Shown here in pieces: positions 15,928 to 20,000 of a stretch of DNA of 20,000 bases (positions are counted from its first letter, which is position 1; each line of letters begins with the position of its first letter). The DNA lies in IMG/VR virus record IMGVR_UViG_3300037631_003085, one strand, 5' to 3'. The notes below the pieces were generated by a model. That model saw only the letters and a program-made list of their open reading frames with translations, was not told where the DNA came from and did not search any database. Made by a program: the position numbers and the translations under genes. Source of the stretch: an uncultured virus (IMG/VR IMGVR_UViG_3300037631_003085) (taxonomy: Duplodnaviria > Heunggongvirae > Uroviricota > Caudoviricetes).

Positions 15928-15975
15928 AATAAATTAAATCCTAAGTTTGGAAAGTGAAAAACACGAGGAAATAAA

Positions 15976-16755
15976 ATGTCAAATAAATTTGTAATAAAGA
16001 ATGGACTTAAAGTACAATCAGGTGGTATAAACACCACTGGTGATTTATCTATTACAGGTTCATTAGTAGTAACTGGAACACTAACGGCTGAGTCTTATAT
16101 AGTAAGTTCCTCTGTAACACATAAGACTACCACATTTAGTAGTGGGTCAACCCAATTTGGTGATACTTCTAATGATACCCATGGATTTACCGGGTCAATG
16201 GATGTAACTCAACAAATTACTACACCGGATATAAAATTAACTGGATTAAGTAATGCAGGTGTTGATACTGATAAGTTCTTAGTATTAGACTCAAATAGTA
16301 ATGTAGATTTTAGAACTGGTACTCAAGTACGTTCTGATATAGGTGCTGTAGCTATTGGTAATGAAATCCACCCAATACAATTGACAATAGATACGAAAAA
16401 TTCACCTTTTGGTTATGTCGCATTTTCAGGATTATCTGATATACAATCACTCCCTAATAGAGCATTCACTACCTTTATAGCACCATGTACTGGTTACATC
16501 GAAGATATAATTGTATCACCCGAACAAACTAATTCAGTTCAGGACGATTGTGATATTTCACTATATAATGGTGGTTCGCAACAATCCTCTACAAATACGG
16601 AAACGTTACAAAGTGCAGGTACTAATGTAACCTTTAACTTTGGGGCTTCAAATTACTCATTTAGTAACGGAGATAGATTGAGTCTTGAATTTGATAAAAA
16701 AACTAATACTTCTGAATTGTACAATATGATGATTGTACTTAGGTTAACAAGTTAA
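15976..16755 (+). CDS. Fibre-like virion structural protein, 259 aa
   Basis: GAGGA SD, ITGSL.VTG.LTA and SSGSTQFGDT.NDTH.FTGS motifs, one DTDKFLVLDSN module, beta-rich C-terminal domain. Confidence 0.78.
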   Translation: MSNKFVIKNGLKVQSGGINTTGDLSITGSLVVTGTLTAESYIVSSSVTHKTTTFSSGSTQFGDTSNDTHGFTGSMDVTQQITTPDIKLTGLSNAGVDTDKFLVLDSNSNVDFRTGTQVRSDIGAVAIGNEIHPIQLTIDTKNSPFGYVAFSGLSDIQSLPNRAFTTFIAPCTGYIEDIIVSPEQTNSVQDDCDISLYNGGSQQSSTNTETLQSAGTNVTFNFGASNYSFSNGDRLSLEFDKKTNTSELYNMMIVLRLTS

Positions 16756-16768
16756 GGGATAAAGTAAT

Positions 16769-19700
16769 ATGGAATTAATACACGGTTTACATAAAGATAC
16801 CTTAATAGACATCAATGGGAGTCTCCAAAATATTGGTGACATACAACCGGGTGACGTAGTAAAAGGTTTTGAAATAAAAAGTGGTGTCGTAAGAGACAAT
16901 AAAGTTGTTTGGGTAAAAACATCAACAATCGGCTCTTACATTGAATTCACCCTTTCAGATGGTTCTAACGTAAAATCATCAGTTGATGCTAAAATCTTAA
17001 CCCTAATGGGTGAGTGGGTTTCACCAATAAATGCATTCAACAAACAAAAAGAATTACACAACGACCTACACATTACCTCATTAAGGTATGTAGAAGAATC
17101 GTTAGATATTATAAGTATAGAGGTAGAGCCTGACCACAATTACTATGTAGGTAAATTACTATTCCACAATACGGGTCCAACTGGTCCAGCTGGTCTAAAG
17201 GGTCAAAAAGGAGAAGCTGGTAATAAAGGTGTTACTGGAGCTCAAGGACCTCAAGGTGCACAGGGTCAAAAGGGAGCTACTGGTTCACAAGGACCTGGTG
17301 GTTCTACCGGCCCAACCGGACCTCAAGGCCCAACTGGTAACAATGGTGTAACTGGTCCTAAAGGTGCAACTGGCCCAACCGGCCCCAAAGGTTCAACAGG
17401 CCCTCAAGGTGGAACAGGCCCTCAAGGTGCTAAAGGTGTAAACGGACCTACTGGTTTAACTGGCCCTCAAGGTGCTCAAGGGAATGCCGGTCCTAAAGGT
17501 CAAAAAGGAGCTACTGGCTCACAAGGTGGAACTGGTGCTACAGGTGGAAAGGGTTCCACTGGTTCAAAAGGACCACAAGGTGCTGATGGCCCTCAAGGTG
17601 CTAAAGGCCCACAAGGTGCTACTGGCCCACAAGGTGATAAAGGTCAAAAAGGTGCAACTGGCTCAACCGGTCCTCAAGGTGGAGTAGGTCCACAGGGTGG
17701 AGCAGGCCCACAAGGTGCTACTGGCCCACAAGGTGGAACTGGTCCAACAGGCCCTAAAGGTCAAAAAGGAGCTACCGGCTCACAAGGTGGAACTGGCGCA
17801 ACAGGTCCTCAAGGTGCTGATGGTCCTCAAGGTGCAACTGGCCCTAAAGGTGCTACTGGCCCACAAGGTGCTACTGGCCCACAAGGTGGAAAAGGTCAAA
17901 AAGGAGCTACCGGCTCACAAGGTGGAAAAGGTTCACAAGGTGCTAAAGGTGTAAACGGACCTACTGGTTTAACTGGCCCTCAAGGTGCTCAAGGAAATCC
18001 CGGCCCTAAAGGTGCAACAGGAGCTACTGGCTCACAAGGTGGAACTGGTGCTCAAGGTGGAAAAGGTTCTACTGGCTCAACTGGCCCACAAGGTGCTGCT
18101 GGCCCACAAGGTGCTAAAGGCCCACAAGGTGCTACTGGCCCACAAGGTGGAAAAGGTCAAAAAGGTGCAACTGGTTCAACCGGTCCTCAAGGTGGGGTAG
18201 GTCCTCAAGGTGGAGCAGGCCCACAAGGTGCTACTGGCCCACAAGGTGATACTGGCCCAACAGGCCCTAAAGGTCAAAAAGGAGCTACCGGCTCACAAGG
18301 TGCAACTGGCCCAACAGGACCTCAAGGTGCTGATGGTCCTCAAGGTGTAACTGGCCCTCAAGGTGCTACTGGCCCTCAAGGTGCTACTGGCCCACAAGGT
18401 GGAAAGGGTCAAAAAGGAGCTACCGGCTCACAAGGTGGAAAAGGTTCACAAGGTGCTAAAGGTATAAACGGACCTACTGGTTTAACTGGCCCTCAAGGTG
18501 CTCAAGGAAATCCTGGCCCTAAAGGTCAAAAAGGAGCTACTGGCTCACAAGGTGGAACTGGTGCTCAAGGTGGAAAAGGTTCTACTGGCTCAACTGGCCC
18601 ACAAGGTGCTGCTGGCCCACAAGGTGATAAAGGTCCACAAGGTGCTACTGGCCCACAAGGTGATAAAGGTCAAAAAGGTGGAACTGGCTCAACAGGCCCT
18701 CAAGGTGGAGTGGGTCCTCAGGGTGGAGCAGGCCCACAAGGTGCTACTGGCCCACAAGGTGATACTGGCCCAACCGGTCCTAAAGGTCAAAAAGGAGCTA
18801 CTGGCTCACAAGGTGCAACTGGTCCAACAGGACCTCAAGGTGCTGATGGTCCTCAAGGTGCAACTGGCCCTCAAGGTGCTACTGGCCCTCAAGGTGCTAC
18901 TGGCCCACAAGGTGGAAAGGGTCAAAAAGGAGCTACCGGCTCACAAGGTGGAAAAGGTTCACAAGGTGCTAAAGGTGTAAACGGACCTACTGGTTTAACT
19001 GGCCCTCAAGGTGCTCAAGGAAATCCCGGCCCTAAAGGTGCAACAGGAGCTACTGGCTCACAAGGTGGGACTGGTGCTCAAGGTGGAAAAGGTTCTACTG
19101 GCTCAACTGGCCCACAAGGTGCTGCTGGCCCACAAGGTGCTAAAGGTCCACAAGGTGCTACTGGCCCACAAGGTGATAAAGGTCAAAAAGGTGGAACTGG
19201 CTCAACAGGCCCTCAAGGTGTAGTAGGTCCTCAAGGTCAAACAGGCCCTCAAGGTGGGACAGGCCCACAAGGTGATACTGGCCCAACAGGCCCTAAAGGT
19301 CAAAAAGGAGCTACTGGCTCACAAGGTGCAACTGGCGCAACCGGTCCTCAAGGTGATACCGGCCCACAAGGTGCGGTAGGTCCAACCGGTCCAACTCAAC
19401 CAAAAGGTCAAAAGGGAGCTACTGGCTCACAAGGTGCAACTGGTCCAACAGGACCTCAAGGTGCTGATGGCCCTCAAGGTGCAACTGGCCCACAAGGTGA
19501 TAAAGGCCCACAAGGTGCTACTGGCCCACAAGGTGATAAAGGTCAAAAAGGTGGAACAGGCGCAGATGGTGGTAAAGGTCAACAAGGTGACCAAGGTGCT
19601 CAAGGTTTAACAGGTGGAACAGGCCCACAAGGTGACCAAGGTGCTCAAGGTGATACCGGCCCTCAAGGTGATAAAGGTCAAAAAGGTCAAACTGGCCCTC

Positions 19701-20000
19701 AAGGTGCTGATGGCCCTCAAGGTGCTGATGGCCCTCAAGGTGCTACTGGCCCACAAGGTGATAAAGGTCCTCAAGGTGTAACTGGCCCACAAGGTGATAA
19801 AGGTCAAAAAGGTCAAACCGGCCCAGATGGTGAAAAGGGTCAACAAGGTGACCAAGGTGCAACTGGTCCAACTGGTGGAACAGGCCCACAAGGTGACCAA
19901 GGTGCTCAAGGTGATACCGGCCCTCAAGGTGATAAAGGTCAAAAAGGTCAAACTGGCCCTCAAGGTGCTGATGGCCCTCAAGGTGCTGATGGCCCTCAAG
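16769..20000 (+). CDS. Hint (intein-like) domain fused to a very long collagen-like Gly-X-Y region; 3'-truncated, >1077 aa (not in ORF track)
   Basis: ATG at 16769, 13 nt after the previous stop, open to the window end. Residues 6-134 ([28 protein letters not shown]...[21 protein letters not shown]) match Hint blocks A, F and G. The sequence then continues [13 protein letters not shown]... as Gly-X-Y. Confidence 0.92.
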   Translation, partial: MELIHGLHKDTLIDINGSLQNIGDIQPGDVVKGFEIKSGVVRDNKVVWVKTSTIGSYIEFTLSDGSNVKSSVDAKILTLMGEWVSPINAFNKQKELHNDLHITSLRYVEESLDIISIEVEPDHNYYVGKLLFHNTGPTGPAGLKGQKGEAGNKGVTGAQGPQGAQGQKGATGSQGPGGSTGPTGPQGPTGNNGVTGPKGATGPTGPKGSTGPQGGTGPQGAKGVNGPTGLTGPQGAQGNAGPKGQKGATGSQGGTGATGGKGSTGSKGPQGADGPQGAKGPQGATGPQGDKGQKGATGSTGPQGGVGPQGGAGPQGATGPQGGTGPTGPKGQKGATGSQGGTGATGPQGADGPQGATGPKGATGPQGATGPQGGKGQKGATGSQGGKGSQGAKGVNGPTGLTGPQGAQGNPGPKGATGATGSQGGTGAQGGKGSTGSTGPQGAAGPQGAKGPQGATGPQGGKGQKGATGSTGPQGGVGPQGGAGPQGATGPQGDTGPTGPKGQKGATGSQGATGPTGPQGADGPQGVTGPQGATGPQGATGPQGGKGQKGATGSQGGKGSQGAKGINGPTGLTGPQGAQGNPGPKGQKGATGSQGGTGAQGGKGSTGSTGPQGAAGPQGDKGPQGATGPQGDKGQKGGTGSTGPQGGVGPQGGAGPQGATGPQGDTGPTGPKGQKGATGSQGATGPTGPQGADGPQGATGPQGATGPQGATGPQGGKGQKGATGSQGGKGSQGAKGVNGPTGLTGPQGAQGNPGPKGATGATGSQGGTGAQGGKGSTGSTGPQGAAGPQGAKGPQGATGPQGDKGQKGGTGSTGPQGVVGPQGQTGPQGGTGPQGDTGPTGPKGQKGATGSQGATGATGPQGDTGPQGAVGPTGPTQPKGQKGATGSQGATGPTGPQGADGPQGATGPQGDKGPQGATGPQGDKGQKGGTGADGGKGQQGDQGAQGLTGGTGPQGDQGAQGDTGPQGDKGQKGQTGPQGADGPQGADGPQGATGPQGDKGPQGVTGPQGDKGQKGQTGPDGEKGQQGDQGATGPTGGTGPQGDQGAQGDTGPQGDKGQKGQTGPQGADGPQGADGPQ
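17174..20000 (+). repeat. Collagen Gly-X-Y coding repeat (9-bp period) with 513-bp and 261-bp higher-order units
   Basis: AACGGACCTACTGGTTTAACTGGCCCTCAAGG at 17441, 17954, 18467 and 18980 (period 513). CAACAAGGTGACCAAGGTGC at 19580 and 19841 (period 261). Confidence 0.95.

Noticed and set aside
14575..16345. Repeated segments as possible diversity-generating retroelement template/variable repeats
   Set aside because: The copies are short, internal, in-frame protein modules without adenine-specific mismatches, and no reverse transcriptase is present in the window.
559..17139. Minus-strand and nested plus-strand ORFs of 60-130 aa in the track
   Set aside because: All lie within or mostly overlap strong + strand genes, show no recognisable motifs, and mirror the codon bias of the sense gene (for example poly-Ser opposite poly-Glu).
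16769..17173. Canonical splicing intein or mobile homing element
   Set aside because: No Cys/Ser at block A position 1, no block B His, no endonuclease domain, and essentially no N-extein.
17472..19999. ORF-track entries such as [10 protein letters not shown]... (+) and [11 protein letters not shown]... (-)
   Set aside because: Off-frame and antisense shadows of the collagen repeat. The real gene is the frame starting at 16769, missed because it has no stop in the window.
17174..20000. Possible CRISPR array or satellite
   Set aside because: The repeats have 9-bp codon periodicity (GGN every third codon), no unique spacers, and lie in an open reading frame.
1..20000. Stop-codon reassignment as seen in some large phages
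   Set aside because: Genes are intact and densely packed in the standard code. TAG ends the capsid and phoH genes at the expected positions.

Overview
Head-morphogenesis and virion-structural (late) region of a large, AT-rich, T4-like dsDNA phage. All credible genes are on the + strand in the standard code. Order: several small acidic/basic hypothetical proteins, prohead protease (gp21-like), a phage-encoded ribosomal protein bS21, Glu-rich scaffold (gp22-like), major capsid protein (gp23-like), PhoH, a 1724-aa cadherin-repeat protein, a set of Ser/Gly/Thr-rich fibre-like proteins built from shared modules, two small paralogous proteins, and a >1077-aa ORF missing from the ORF track (16769 to the window end). 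That last ORF is an N-terminal Hint (intein-like) domain ending in His-Asn|Thr, fused directly to about 314 Gly-X-Y collagen triplets. Highlights: (1) the Hint-collagen fusion, whose Hint lacks the N-terminal splicing residues but keeps the C-terminal cleavage residues; (2) a bS21 gene without a Shine-Dalgarno site placed ahead of SD-bearing structural genes; (3) a candidate structured leader RNA with two GAAA tetraloops upstream of 14020; (4) a TAYTTAT(A) motif in six intergenic regions. All family assignments come from motif recognition by eye. No searches were run.
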